From positions 236,832 to 300,831 of the forward strand of contig DATASJ010000106.1 in NCBI GenBank assembly GCA_036269275.1: a stretch of 64,000 nt of DNA, in the 5' to 3' direction. The position numbers and the translations under genes are program-made. A model generated the notes under the pieces. It ran no database searches, had not been told where the DNA came from, and saw only the letters and a program-made list of their open reading frames with translations. The DNA is from Bryobacteraceae bacterium (GTDB lineage: Bacteria > Acidobacteriota > Terriglobia > Bryobacterales > Bryobacteraceae). Positions 27,287 through 36,960 of the stretch are shown one piece after another; positions within the stretch are counted from its first letter, which is position 1; the number at the start of each line of letters is the position of its first letter.

Positions 27287-27562
27287 TTAGAAGGACTCGC
27301 CCAGCATTCGGAGCTCACCCTTTAGCCTGCCCATTTTCGCCGACAGACCCTCGGCTTCCGCAGCGGTCAGCGAAACACGGCCAACGAACCGCAGAACCGT
27401 ATCGTAGGCAAGTCTTGCATGCGCTTGGTTGCGAGCAGTCTTTTCGAACTCGTCCGATCCCATGGCAATGTTGGCGAACAGGAGACCGGTATCCGCTTCC
27501 GTGTGTAGAAAGTCGACACTCGCGGCGTTCACGTCTACTCGAGTTTGCGCCCACCCTTGCAT
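27287..27562 (-). CDS. Hypothetical small helical protein
   Basis: A 91-aa ORF upstream of the receiver gene and on the same strand. I recognise no motif. The coding call rests only on ORF length and position. Confidence 0.35.
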   Translation of the reverse strand: MQGWAQTRVDVNAASVDFLHTEADTGLLFANIAMGSDEFEKTARNQAHARLAYDTVLRFVGRVSLTAAEAEGLSAKMGRLKGELRMLGESF

Positions 27563-27587
27563 TAAGGTGAGAGTAACACTTTTGAGG

Positions 27588-28640
27588 ATGAATGTCCTGA
27601 GCGTCGGTTATCCTCTTTTTCCCGTGAGCGCCGATTCCGCCGGCGGGGCGGAACAAATATTGTTCCTGTTAGAGCGCGGTTTGGTGAAAGCCGGGCATCG
27701 GTCGCTTGTCATCGCCGCGCGGGGCTCGCGCGTAAGCGGCGAGTTAGTGGAAACACCGCCGGCCTCTGGTGAAATTACGGATGCCGTTCGCGAGCAAGCG
27801 CAGCAAGCGCACGCGGCGTGCATACAGCAGGTGCTGGAACAATTCCCAGTGGACCTGGTCCACTTCCACGGCCTCGATTTCTCCAATTACCTGCCGGCTG
27901 GACCCGTTGCAACGATCGCGACTTTGCATTTACCGCTCGCCTGGTATCCGCCATCGGTGTTTAGCCGGCAAAAGATCGGGGGCAAGCCCGCAATATCGCT
28001 GTGCTGCGTCTCCGAGAGCCAGGCGCGCACGGCGCCGGACGGATTGAGACTGCCGGTCGTGCCGAACGGGATCGAAGTGGAGCGATACCGGGCGGATGCG
28101 CCGCGCCGCCCTTATCTGCTATGGCTCGGCCGTGTTTGCGAGGAGAAAGGCACAGACATCGCGCTGCGGGCCGCACACCGGCTGGGTTTGCCGCTGATGG
28201 TGGCCGGTCCCGTACATCCGTTTCCTTACCATCAAACTTACTTTTCCGAGCGCGTCGCGCCGCTGCTCGATGAGAAACGCCGCTATGTGGGCGCAGTTGC
28301 GCTGGAACAAAAGATCGAGCTGTTGGCGGAAGCGCGCTGCGTATTAATTCCGAGCCTCGCGGCGGAGACCGGGTCGCTGGTAGCCATGGAGGCGATCAGT
28401 TCGGGCGCGCCGGTCATCGCCTTCGACTCGGGTGCGCTGCCGGAGATGGTCGAGCATGGCGTTACGGGGCTGATCGTCTCTTCGGAAGAGGAAATGGCTG
28501 AGGCGGTGAAACGCACGGGCGAGATTTCGCCGGCGCGCTGCCGCGAGGAAGCTCTTCGGCGCTTCGATGCTGCGCGCATGGTGGAAGGCTACATCAACTT
28601 ATATCGCCAGTTATATCGCCACGGCCGCGCGTCAGGATGA
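27588..28640 (+). CDS. Glycosyltransferase, GT4-like (GT-B fold)
   Basis: ATG 27588 (MNVLSVGYPLFPVSADSAGGAEQILFLLERGL). The C-terminal part shows the E(x)7E-type region PSLAAETGSLVAMEAISSGAPVIA. The ORF-track start at 27429 is a frame extension. Confidence 0.85.
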   Translation: MNVLSVGYPLFPVSADSAGGAEQILFLLERGLVKAGHRSLVIAARGSRVSGELVETPPASGEITDAVREQAQQAHAACIQQVLEQFPVDLVHFHGLDFSNYLPAGPVATIATLHLPLAWYPPSVFSRQKIGGKPAISLCCVSESQARTAPDGLRLPVVPNGIEVERYRADAPRRPYLLWLGRVCEEKGTDIALRAAHRLGLPLMVAGPVHPFPYHQTYFSERVAPLLDEKRRYVGAVALEQKIELLAEARCVLIPSLAAETGSLVAMEAISSGAPVIAFDSGALPEMVEHGVTGLIVSSEEEMAEAVKRTGEISPARCREEALRRFDAARMVEGYINLYRQLYRHGRASG

Positions 28641-29580
28641 GTCTCGACTTCGCAATCGCCTGCGCGCCGAAAGAGAACTTATACGGCTCGTCGCCCCGGC
28701 AGAAGTTCCAGGCGATGTAGTGCTGCCCGTAAGCATGCCGCAACGACTCGTACAATAGTGTTCGGCCGAAGCCTAATATTTCGTATTGCGGATCGAACGC
28801 GCTGAGATAAGAGTAAATGGTGTTCCGATACAAAAATCCCACACTGAGCGCAACGATTTCGCCTTTGAATCGCAGGCTGAAAAAACGCAAGCTCTGCAAG
28901 CGTTCGAATTCGCGCGCGACGTCACGCAAGAACTCCGCGGAGCTATTCGCGGCCACCATTCCGGGCTGCCCCTGACGCTCCCATCGGTCGCCGTGCAGCC
29001 GAATCAACTCATTCATCAGCCCCGTTCCGCATGTTACTGCGAATTCGAGAGGCCCGTCTTGTTCCGCGCGAGAACGATAACGGCGCAGGTTGCGGCGCAG
29101 ATCCTTCGAGCGGCGCGCCCAATATTCCTCGAAGCCGCCGTTGAGCCTTATTTCCGAACACGGAGTATCGCCTTGAACGCGCGCGAGTGCTGCCAGCGGA
29201 GAATCGGCCGCCAGGTCCTGCCAATCGCAGATATCCCAATCGCAGTCATTTAGTAAGTGACCGCGCAGCTTGAGAATTACTTCTTCCTCGCGCCCTGGGG
29301 CAATCGCCGGGTCGAGGTAATCCGATATTCCGGAGCCGACTAACGTAAGCTGAGCGCGGCCCTGCCATTTGTGCCGAAACAGCGGGACGACTCCTACCGT
29401 AGAGCCTTTCTCGCTAAGAACGAGTACTTGCAGACGACCGCTGCCGAAATGTCGCCACCAGGTCAGCAGCCACGCGGGTAACTGAAACGGCGTGAGGCGG
29501 TCGACGGTTTCGACGAATGAGCGCCATTCGTGCCGGAACTCTTCGAGACGCCCTAAACTATCGATGACTTCCAGGCGCAT
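28594..29580 (-). CDS. GNAT-fold acyltransferase of the CelD/BioF2-like (Acetyltransf_6, FemAB-related) type
   Basis: 328 aa. The N-terminus LEEFRHEWRSFVETVDRLTPFQLPAWLLTWWRHFG and the C-terminal LSAFDPQYEILGFGRTLLYESLRHA pattern are typical of this family. The 3' end overlaps the convergent GT4 gene by 47 nt. Confidence 0.75.
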   Translation of the reverse strand: MRLEVIDSLGRLEEFRHEWRSFVETVDRLTPFQLPAWLLTWWRHFGSGRLQVLVLSEKGSTVGVVPLFRHKWQGRAQLTLVGSGISDYLDPAIAPGREEEVILKLRGHLLNDCDWDICDWQDLAADSPLAALARVQGDTPCSEIRLNGGFEEYWARRSKDLRRNLRRYRSRAEQDGPLEFAVTCGTGLMNELIRLHGDRWERQGQPGMVAANSSAEFLRDVAREFERLQSLRFFSLRFKGEIVALSVGFLYRNTIYSYLSAFDPQYEILGFGRTLLYESLRHAYGQHYIAWNFCRGDEPYKFSFGAQAIAKSRLILTRGRGDITGDIS

Positions 29581-30310
29581 CGAGCAGCCGCAGCGCTTCG
29601 CGGTAACCGTTTAGCGTGCCCACATCGACGTAAGATTCGCCGATTTTAAATCCGGACGCGCGGCCGCCACGGGCGAGGTACTCATTGATCAGCGTGCCCA
29701 GATACTCGTCATGCCGCTCGCGCCAAATCTGGTGCAGCTCCGCCAGCACGGACCCCGGCATTTTCAGCGCACCCCAAACCCAATTTGCCTTCGCATCCGG
29801 GCGCTTGACCTGCACCTCCAACACTTCCCCGCTGGGACTAGTCACCACCGCATCGAAGTGCTCAGGATGCTCGACTGGAAACAGCAGGAGCGAAAGCATG
29901 CCGTCCGGAATCTGAGCGAGCGCGTTCTCGGGAAACCAAATGGTGTCGGGAAGGCCGATGCACACCTCCTCACCGGGCGGAATCAAAGGTAGCGCGCGGA
30001 AGATGGCATCGCATAATCCGGCCGGCTGCGGCTGCACGGCGTAAAAAACGGTAGCGGAAAGCACGTGTCCGCCGAAGTAATTGACGATGTCCGATTTCCC
30101 GGGCGAAATGACAAAGCAAAGCTTGTCCACGCCACCGCGGATCATCCGATCGATCAGATACTCGCTCACCGCACGCGGCCGTTCGCTGCCATTGCTTACA
30201 TAGCTGCCCACCGGTAACAGCTCTTTCGAGAAGGCGAGCGGCTGAATTCGCGTTCCCATGCCGGCTGCTGGAATAATGCCCCACATGGCTAAGCTCCTTG
30301 CGAAAGGCAA
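29558..30310 (-). CDS. Sugar-phosphate nucleotidyltransferase (NTP_transferase family)
   Basis: The G-rich loop is GIIPAAGMGTRIQPLAFSKELLPV. An alternative start, ATG 30286, lies 2 nt after the upstream stop. Confidence 0.85.
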   Translation of the reverse strand: MPFARSLAMWGIIPAAGMGTRIQPLAFSKELLPVGSYVSNGSERPRAVSEYLIDRMIRGGVDKLCFVISPGKSDIVNYFGGHVLSATVFYAVQPQPAGLCDAIFRALPLIPPGEEVCIGLPDTIWFPENALAQIPDGMLSLLLFPVEHPEHFDAVVTSPSGEVLEVQVKRPDAKANWVWGALKMPGSVLAELHQIWRERHDEYLGTLINEYLARGGRASGFKIGESYVDVGTLNGYREALRLLDAPGSHR

Positions 30311-31401
30311 CGGTGCGCGCGCGCAAACCCCGCTTCGTCTCTGGGCTCTTCGACTAAGTCAATGAACCGCCGGGCGCGAATCTCCGCCGTATGGCAATCG
30401 AGCGTACGCTGCTTCGCCCGAGCGCCGATCCTCCACAGAGCCCCGCGGTCTCTTGTGATGGCCGCAGTTGCTTCGGCCGTTGACGCCGCGATCAGGATTT
30501 CTTCGCCGGGCTCAAAAAAAGTGTCAAGCCCCTCCCACCAGTCGCTGAGCACGGCCGTTCCGGCAGCCGCGGCCTCGAAGAATCTTCCGGAAGGGCAGTA
30601 ACCCATTGCGGCCATAGAGGCCCGAGTAACGTTCAGTGTGAGCGGCGAAGACGAGTAGAACGCGCAATGTTCCGGCGGTCCCACGTGATGATAGTGCCGA
30701 ATGTTACTCGGCCACCTCTCCGGATTGGGATACATAGCTCCGCCAATCACGAATTTACAATCGGGCAAGCGGCGCGCCGGAGTAAAGAACATCTCCTCCA
30801 GCGCAGCTTGTCTGTCTTCGGAATAAGTTCCCAGGTAGGAGAGATCCGCCTCATACCAATGCGATGCTTCCACGCGATGATGAATCGCAGGATCCACCCA
30901 GCCGTAGAGCGTCGCGACACACTGGGCCTTGAGTCGCTTCCGCAGCAATTCGAGCGCTTGACCGCCCGTGTAACTGAGCACTAAGTCAAATCCGCCCAGG
31001 CCGCATTCCGGAATGTATTCAACCGGCTCGCCGCGCTCCAAGCGGCTGAGCGTCACGGGCGTGTCCATGTCGTAAAAAACGGTGCGGCTCAACTTTGAAT
31101 TCAGAACTAAATCGCAGGCCGGCACGCCGTCCGGACAATAGGAGGTCACCACTCCCACCTCGGCCTCCTCGAGTGCCGTTCTCGCCTGAGGCAGGATTTC
31201 GTCCCAGGCCGAATACAGATGCAAATGGGCATAAGGCAAGGACGTCACGTCGCGCCAGCGCGCGTAATAAGGCGTGTCGCGCTCAAAAAAATGAATCTCG
31301 TGACCCTGCTGGTGCAAAGCGCGAAGCAATCCTCGCCATAAGGTGGCATGGCCGTTGCCCCACGAGGAACTGACCGACAGACCAAAGATCGCGATTTTCA
31401 T
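30289..31401 (-). CDS. CgeB-like glycosyltransferase family protein (Glyco_trans_1_2 type), substrate unknown
   Basis: The N-terminus reads MKIAIFGLSVSSSWGNGHATLWRGLLRALHQQGHEIHFFERD. The C-terminal part reads FFEAAAAGTAVLSDWWEGL. This pattern is characteristic of the conserved CgeB-like family. Confidence 0.7.
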   Translation of the reverse strand: MKIAIFGLSVSSSWGNGHATLWRGLLRALHQQGHEIHFFERDTPYYARWRDVTSLPYAHLHLYSAWDEILPQARTALEEAEVGVVTSYCPDGVPACDLVLNSKLSRTVFYDMDTPVTLSRLERGEPVEYIPECGLGGFDLVLSYTGGQALELLRKRLKAQCVATLYGWVDPAIHHRVEASHWYEADLSYLGTYSEDRQAALEEMFFTPARRLPDCKFVIGGAMYPNPERWPSNIRHYHHVGPPEHCAFYSSSPLTLNVTRASMAAMGYCPSGRFFEAAAAGTAVLSDWWEGLDTFFEPGEEILIAASTAEATAAITRDRGALWRIGARAKQRTLDCHTAEIRARRFIDLVEEPRDEAGFARAHRCLSQGA

Positions 31402-31423
31402 TCGTGCGCAGAGCGCTTCCTGT

Positions 31424-34400
31424 TTATCGAACCTTGAACTTATAAAAGAACTCTATGCTGACATTGCCGTTGAAATCACGCAATCCAACAGCCGAAAACT
31501 TTGGCGTCAGATCCCATTCAACACGCACAATCTCATTGTTCGTCTCAGTTACGTCCGTGATATAAGTGAACGTAATGTTATTGGCAATCTTCTGCTGCAG
31601 CGTCACGCGCGCACTCGGCTGGCCGTTGCTGCCTGAAAATGACGGGTCGATTTTGAATTGACTCAGGCCGAACACTCTTTGCACCCGGCTGGCGAGCGGA
31701 TCCGCTACGGCCTGCCCAAGAACGGCGGATTCCCCCATTTGCGTGAACGATTGTTGCGGCGCGGGTGGCTGCTGCGCGGCGATGTTGGGATCGGCTGGGG
31801 TGGTGTTGGTCGCAAGGAGTTGGACAATCTGCTCGAAGCTGAGCGGCGGGTCAGACCGGTAATTGAGCTGTAAGTTATCCATCGGTCCGGTTACGCCCAG
31901 AGTTACATCCACTCCTTGCGCGAGCGTCTCCAGCGAGAAATTCAAGACGGGCTGAATCGAATTAGGATTATAAAAGTTAATCGTCCCGGTATTCACCGTG
32001 TAGGTGTTGCCGAAAAAGACGAGTTCTCCGTCGGTTACCACTACTCGGCCGAGCACACCTGGGTCGGCAGCCGTCCCGCGCACACGGAGGTCCGTCAAAA
32101 TATCCAGGCTGTTCGCGTAAGTGGTCACCACCTGGAGGTTCGGCGCCGTCGTGATGTGTATATCGAGCCGCATACCCGCCATCAGAGGCGAAGCCGCCGT
32201 GGTGGTGGAGGGAGGCGTAGATGCGAAGCTCGATAAGATCGAGCCTGCATCGCTAGTAGGCGCATACGCGATGCGCTGAATGCTGACATTCCCTCCTAGC
32301 ACCGAGCGGCGCATATTACCGGTCAAAGTAATCCCTGCATTCGAAGTAAGGCTGATACCGGAATAGCGGGTGCGCACGCGATCCGCCGTCGCACGCAGAT
32401 TGAAGGCCAGCGTTTCGCCGCTGTAGCCGATAAATCCGGTCATCGAAATCTTCCCGCCGCCGCTTTGACCAGTCAGCGTTTGGATGGTCGCGCTGGTGCC
32501 GTTCAGCAGAATAACGCCGTTGCCGTTCGCGATGCCGTTAGGCGAGTCTGTGTAATTGACGTTCGCGTTCTTAAGCTCGATGCGCCCGTTGACTAACGGC
32601 TGCGAGAACGTTCCATGAATCGCGGCTGCCAGCGCCACCGAGCCCGATGACGCGAAATCCCGATCTGCATCCTGCAAGATACCGAGATCTGCGTTAGCAT
32701 CCACGTTCAACCTGTACGGCGCCGCGGTGTTTCTGATATCGACGGTGCCCGACGCATTCACGTCGGTGCCCGGCGGCCCTTGCAGATGAAACGCCTCGAC
32801 GTGTAGGACATCGTGGTTGAGCGCAATTTGGATCGGCCCCTGGTTGTGAATCTCGATAATTTTTCCCGGAGGAGCGCCGGTCGGAGATGCTTGCGGCGAA
32901 GTCTGGGCTTCCAGGTGCGTCAGTTCGAGCCGGCCGCTCAAATCCTCGGGCTTCAGAACAGGGCCGTTCACGGAAACCTGGCCTTCCACCAGCGCGTCGA
33001 AACTGGGCTTCACACCGGGTTCCGTCGAAATGTAGGGAGCTATGTTCGCATAACGGATGTTGGCAAACGTCAGGTTCGCATTGACCGGATAATCGCCCGC
33101 TAGCCGCGACTGGCCCGAGCCGTGAATTTTGCTCTGAGCAATATCGGAATCAAACTGGAAATTCAAATTCGAGCCACTCGTGCGCGCGGTGAAGTTCGCT
33201 TCGCCGAGGCTGCGGCTATTCATACGCAAGGCATTCGCCGAAGCGTCGGCATTCAGCTTTGAGATCAGCACGGTGCGGTTGCCGCTTTGGTCGCGCATGG
33301 TTGCCGAAAGATCGGCCGTCAGCCGCAGCGTCCCCGCAAGGTCCGGCCTTTCCTGCTGCACGTGCTCAATCTTGGCGACTTGAATGGGCGTCGTGTTCAC
33401 GTTAAGCTGCAGGAGGCCGGCATTGAAATCGTTCGCGGGATGAGTGAATGAGCCGCTCAACGTCAAGCTGCCCGCCGGCACGTCCAGCACGAGGGACCGA
33501 ATATTTGCCGCGGTATTTGAATAGTGAACCGACCCTTGCAACCGATTAATGGGCTCCTGGTAGAGGTTCGCGCGCGCCAGCGTAAACGACAGATCGGCGT
33601 TCGGCGCCTCGAGAGTTCCCGCCACATGCGCGTTTGCGGAAAAATTGCCGCGCGCAGGCAGTGAGCCTTCGCCCGCGATGCTCAGGCTTTTCTCTACCGA
33701 GAGATTTTGAATGGAGGCATCGGCGGTGGTCGGGTAATCTTTCGCCAGAGCGGTGCGGCCAGCGATGTTAATATTTGAGCCGGCGAAATTGGACGCGAGA
33801 TTATAATTCACGGTCCCGTTCACGGTGCGCGCACTCGCGGTCAGGTTGCCGGCATCCTGATTTTGAACGCGAAGATTCCGCGCCGAGAGATCGGCGGCTA
33901 TGTTCGAAACCGTCACTTCGCTCTGCTTATTCACCTCGCGCAGGTCGGCCGCGGCTGTGCCTGACAGATTGATCACTCCGCCCGCGCCCACGTTCTGTTT
34001 CTGCAGCATCTTGATATCGGCGAGCTGGATATTAGTCGTCGTGACGCGGAATTGCGCGTGCCCGGTAGTGAAGCTGTCGCGCGGATGCTGAAACGTGCCG
34101 TTCACATCAATGCGCCCCGCCGGAGCCACGAGCGAGAGCGGCGCCAGCGTAATCAACCGGTCGGCGAGATTCACATTCGCATACAACCGATCGAACGCTT
34201 GCTCGTAGGCCGTGCCGTTGACGACCTGCAGAGTCGCACCGCCCAGCGGATCGCCATACGTTCCGTTCACGTGCACGTCCGCGCTCAGCGTTCCGCTCGC
34301 GGGCATGGATGATTCGCCCGCCAGGCTCAACAGATCCGCCACGTCTCCATTGCGCATCGTGAGATTCGCAGCCAGCGGCGAACTGGGGATCGGACTCCAC

Positions 34401-36322
34401 TTACGCAAGCCAATGGAGGCGTCGAATGTAGTCTGCAGCGCGCGGCGAGTTAGCAGGCCATTTTGGATGGTGGCGCCGGAGGGCGATGCCGCGAGATCGA
34501 GCGCAAAGCGATCGAAGCTGCGCTGTTCCACTGCGAACCGGTTCACGGCTACGTGGCTGGTAATATGCGGCGCAGAGAGATCTCCGCTAATCTGCGCCTG
34601 AACGGTTGCGGCGCCACCCTGCAGAGTGACGGGCAAGGAAGCTTGCGGCTTTGTGGCGCCGAAGTTTGCGGCCGGGAGAAAATCATTCAGATTATGTGAG
34701 ACCAGGTTCACGTCGATGCGACGATTGAGCGCACCGGACAAATCCACGCGCGAGTTGGGAAGCGCGACGTAAGAGTGATCGAGATCCACCGTGCCGCTCG
34801 CGCCCGAATAATTCGCATCCAGACGGCCGCTCACCGGAACGCCGCGGTTGCCTGGCAGAATGGCCAATCGGGCTTGCGCCGCATAACCGCTGGCGCCCTT
34901 CGCTTTCAAGTCGCCTTGCGCCTTTAGCGAACCCTCCAAAGTTCCGTCGTAGCCGAGATGCTTCCCTGTAAGCGCGGCCGCGAGCACCGGCAGCGCTAAA
35001 TGGTGCAGCCCCGCTTCGACGCTGAGCTGCTGCATCTTCTCCAGGAAGATCTTCGCCGCGAGTGTGCCGCCGAACGCATTCAACTTCAGGCCATCCATGC
35101 TGACCAGGTAAGGATCCGCGTGAAATGGCGAGTACAGGCTCACATCCGAGAGGCGCGTCGTTCCGCTGCGAACCGAAAGGCCGCGGGAATTGAGCGTGCC
35201 GTCCACGGCGTAATTATGTTGCGCGTCCACCTTCGCGGAGCCGTTCGCCTGCAAATCGCCGCTGGCCGCAACGCTCGATACATTCATCAGCTTCGTCAGT
35301 TCGCCGAGCGCCAGATTCGCATTGAACTGCACCGAACTGTTCTTCGCCGCATCTATGGCGCCAGCGGCCTGGAACGTGGTCTGCCCCAAACCGATGTGCG
35401 CAGTCTGGAGCTGAATGGTGTTGTTCTTCTCATCCATGCTCACGTTCAACTCGGCTGTGAGCGTCTTCGGTGCGCCCGCGGCGTTGGCGTCGATCGGCAA
35501 TTCCACGCTTCGTTGTATCTCCGGCAGCGACAGGCTCGCGTTGAGTTGCGCCGAGATTTGCGGCGCATTCATGTCCCGCATAGACGCGCTCAACGAAATC
35601 TGCGATTGGTCCGTCGTCAGCTTCGCGCCCGCAAGCTGAATCGCATCCTTCTCGATAGTGACCGGCAAATTCACATGCACGTTCATCGGCGGCCGATTCC
35701 CGGTGGCGAGCAGCAGCGGATCGATCCGCAGATTGCCTTGATAGCTGGGGTTCAAAGCGTTGTAATTCAGCAGCACGCGCAGATTCTCGCCGCGCGCGCT
35801 GAAGGGCGTCTTCTGTTGCGAGAATTCGAGCAAACCATTCTGGATGTTGAACTGGCCGACTGCGAGATCGACAACCGTCTCCAGGCCGGACTTGTTGCTC
35901 GGCTTCTGCGGAACCTTCGGCTGCGGGATGTTTGTCTTGCCGTCGGGGAAAACGATCACGTCCACTTCCGGCTGCTGAATACCCAGGTACTGCAGGTCGA
36001 CTGCTTTCTTCAACCCGGCGAACAGCTTCAGACGCAGCTCGAGCACGGGTACGCGCACTAGCGGATCCGCGGTCTTCGGCTCCGTTCCATGCAGAATGAA
36101 ATTCCGGATGCGAACCGTCAGATGGGTCCATTCGAATTGAAACGATCCGATCTCAACCACCCCGCCCGTCGATTCTTCCGCGACCGCGATGATCTTTTCG
36201 CGGACATAACCGGCAAACCACGCGCTCCGCAGGACCAGAATGGACGCGATGACAAGCACCAGGATCAATCCCAGCAAGGAAGCGGCAATGGTGAGCAGAA
36301 TCTTCTTTTTCTTCCGGGTCAT
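31424..36322 (-). CDS. tamB: Translocation and assembly module protein TamB (about 1630 aa, DUF490 C-terminus)
   Basis: It has an N-terminal anchor (MTRKKKKILLTIAASLLGLILVLVIASILVL), a long beta-rich repetitive body and a DUF490-like end (NNITFTYITDVTETNNEIVRVEWDLTPKFS). ATG 36322 forms an ATGA overlap with the upstream stop. The ORF-track start is 36379. Confidence 0.88.
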   Translation of the reverse strand: MTRKKKKILLTIAASLLGLILVLVIASILVLRSAWFAGYVREKIIAVAEESTGGVVEIGSFQFEWTHLTVRIRNFILHGTEPKTADPLVRVPVLELRLKLFAGLKKAVDLQYLGIQQPEVDVIVFPDGKTNIPQPKVPQKPSNKSGLETVVDLAVGQFNIQNGLLEFSQQKTPFSARGENLRVLLNYNALNPSYQGNLRIDPLLLATGNRPPMNVHVNLPVTIEKDAIQLAGAKLTTDQSQISLSASMRDMNAPQISAQLNASLSLPEIQRSVELPIDANAAGAPKTLTAELNVSMDEKNNTIQLQTAHIGLGQTTFQAAGAIDAAKNSSVQFNANLALGELTKLMNVSSVAASGDLQANGSAKVDAQHNYAVDGTLNSRGLSVRSGTTRLSDVSLYSPFHADPYLVSMDGLKLNAFGGTLAAKIFLEKMQQLSVEAGLHHLALPVLAAALTGKHLGYDGTLEGSLKAQGDLKAKGASGYAAQARLAILPGNRGVPVSGRLDANYSGASGTVDLDHSYVALPNSRVDLSGALNRRIDVNLVSHNLNDFLPAANFGATKPQASLPVTLQGGAATVQAQISGDLSAPHITSHVAVNRFAVEQRSFDRFALDLAASPSGATIQNGLLTRRALQTTFDASIGLRKWSPIPSSPLAANLTMRNGDVADLLSLAGESSMPASGTLSADVHVNGTYGDPLGGATLQVVNGTAYEQAFDRLYANVNLADRLITLAPLSLVAPAGRIDVNGTFQHPRDSFTTGHAQFRVTTTNIQLADIKMLQKQNVGAGGVINLSGTAAADLREVNKQSEVTVSNIAADLSARNLRVQNQDAGNLTASARTVNGTVNYNLASNFAGSNINIAGRTALAKDYPTTADASIQNLSVEKSLSIAGEGSLPARGNFSANAHVAGTLEAPNADLSFTLARANLYQEPINRLQGSVHYSNTAANIRSLVLDVPAGSLTLSGSFTHPANDFNAGLLQLNVNTTPIQVAKIEHVQQERPDLAGTLRLTADLSATMRDQSGNRTVLISKLNADASANALRMNSRSLGEANFTARTSGSNLNFQFDSDIAQSKIHGSGQSRLAGDYPVNANLTFANIRYANIAPYISTEPGVKPSFDALVEGQVSVNGPVLKPEDLSGRLELTHLEAQTSPQASPTGAPPGKIIEIHNQGPIQIALNHDVLHVEAFHLQGPPGTDVNASGTVDIRNTAAPYRLNVDANADLGILQDADRDFASSGSVALAAAIHGTFSQPLVNGRIELKNANVNYTDSPNGIANGNGVILLNGTSATIQTLTGQSGGGKISMTGFIGYSGETLAFNLRATADRVRTRYSGISLTSNAGITLTGNMRRSVLGGNVSIQRIAYAPTSDAGSILSSFASTPPSTTTAASPLMAGMRLDIHITTAPNLQVVTTYANSLDILTDLRVRGTAADPGVLGRVVVTDGELVFFGNTYTVNTGTINFYNPNSIQPVLNFSLETLAQGVDVTLGVTGPMDNLQLNYRSDPPLSFEQIVQLLATNTTPADPNIAAQQPPAPQQSFTQMGESAVLGQAVADPLASRVQRVFGLSQFKIDPSFSGSNGQPSARVTLQQKIANNITFTYITDVTETNNEIVRVEWDLTPKFSAVGLRDFNGNVSIEFFYKFKVR

Positions 36323-36960
36323 TGCAGGCTTGCCTCCAGATATTGAATCTTCGCGTCCTTCCGCTGATCGTCCAGCCACTTAAAGAATTCCTGGTTCTCC
36401 TTCTCCCCGGCGATGATGTTGCGAATCTCTTCGCGGAGCTCATCGAGCGTCGATTTGCCGGGATGTTGGCGGCGCAGCGCGGCGGCGTGATCGTTGTAAT
36501 ATTTTTCAATCTCTTCGTCCGTCACCAGCACCGCAGGCTTGAAGCGAATATCGATGAAACTCAGAATCGTGAGCTGCCATTGAAGCTGCGTCCGCAGATC
36601 CAGTTCGGGAATGCCGTATCGCCGCAGCGCTTGCTCGAACGCAGCTTCGGTCTTGAATTTCCGCCGTTTCAATCGATCTAACTGCTCATCCGTTTGTGGG
36701 AGCGTTGCGCTCGGATAGTCGCCTAGCTCGATCTCGCGCCGGATGAACACTTGATCGATGAGGCGGCTGGCCGCTTTCTTTCGCGCTGCATTGCCGACAT
36801 CCAGCGGATCGCCATTCATAAATTCCGTCACGCGAAGGTCCCGGTCAATATCGCTGTCCTTAATGATGGATTTGCCGATTACAATTGCGATCTGGTCGAT
36901 GACAACCGCGCCGGCAAATGAGGCAGCAAGCAGCATAATCGGCAGCAGGAAGCATCGCAT
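36319..36960 (-). CDS. SurA-N-terminal-like periplasmic chaperone without a PPIase domain
   Basis: 213 aa with a signal peptide (MRCFLLPIMLLAASFAGA) and the IAIVIGKSIIKDSDIDR and LIDQVFIRREIE pattern of SurA_N-type chaperones. Its start and stop codons overlap both neighbours. Confidence 0.7.
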   Translation of the reverse strand: MRCFLLPIMLLAASFAGAVVIDQIAIVIGKSIIKDSDIDRDLRVTEFMNGDPLDVGNAARKKAASRLIDQVFIRREIELGDYPSATLPQTDEQLDRLKRRKFKTEAAFEQALRRYGIPELDLRTQLQWQLTILSFIDIRFKPAVLVTDEEIEKYYNDHAAALRRQHPGKSTLDELREEIRNIIAGEKENQEFFKWLDDQRKDAKIQYLEASLQ

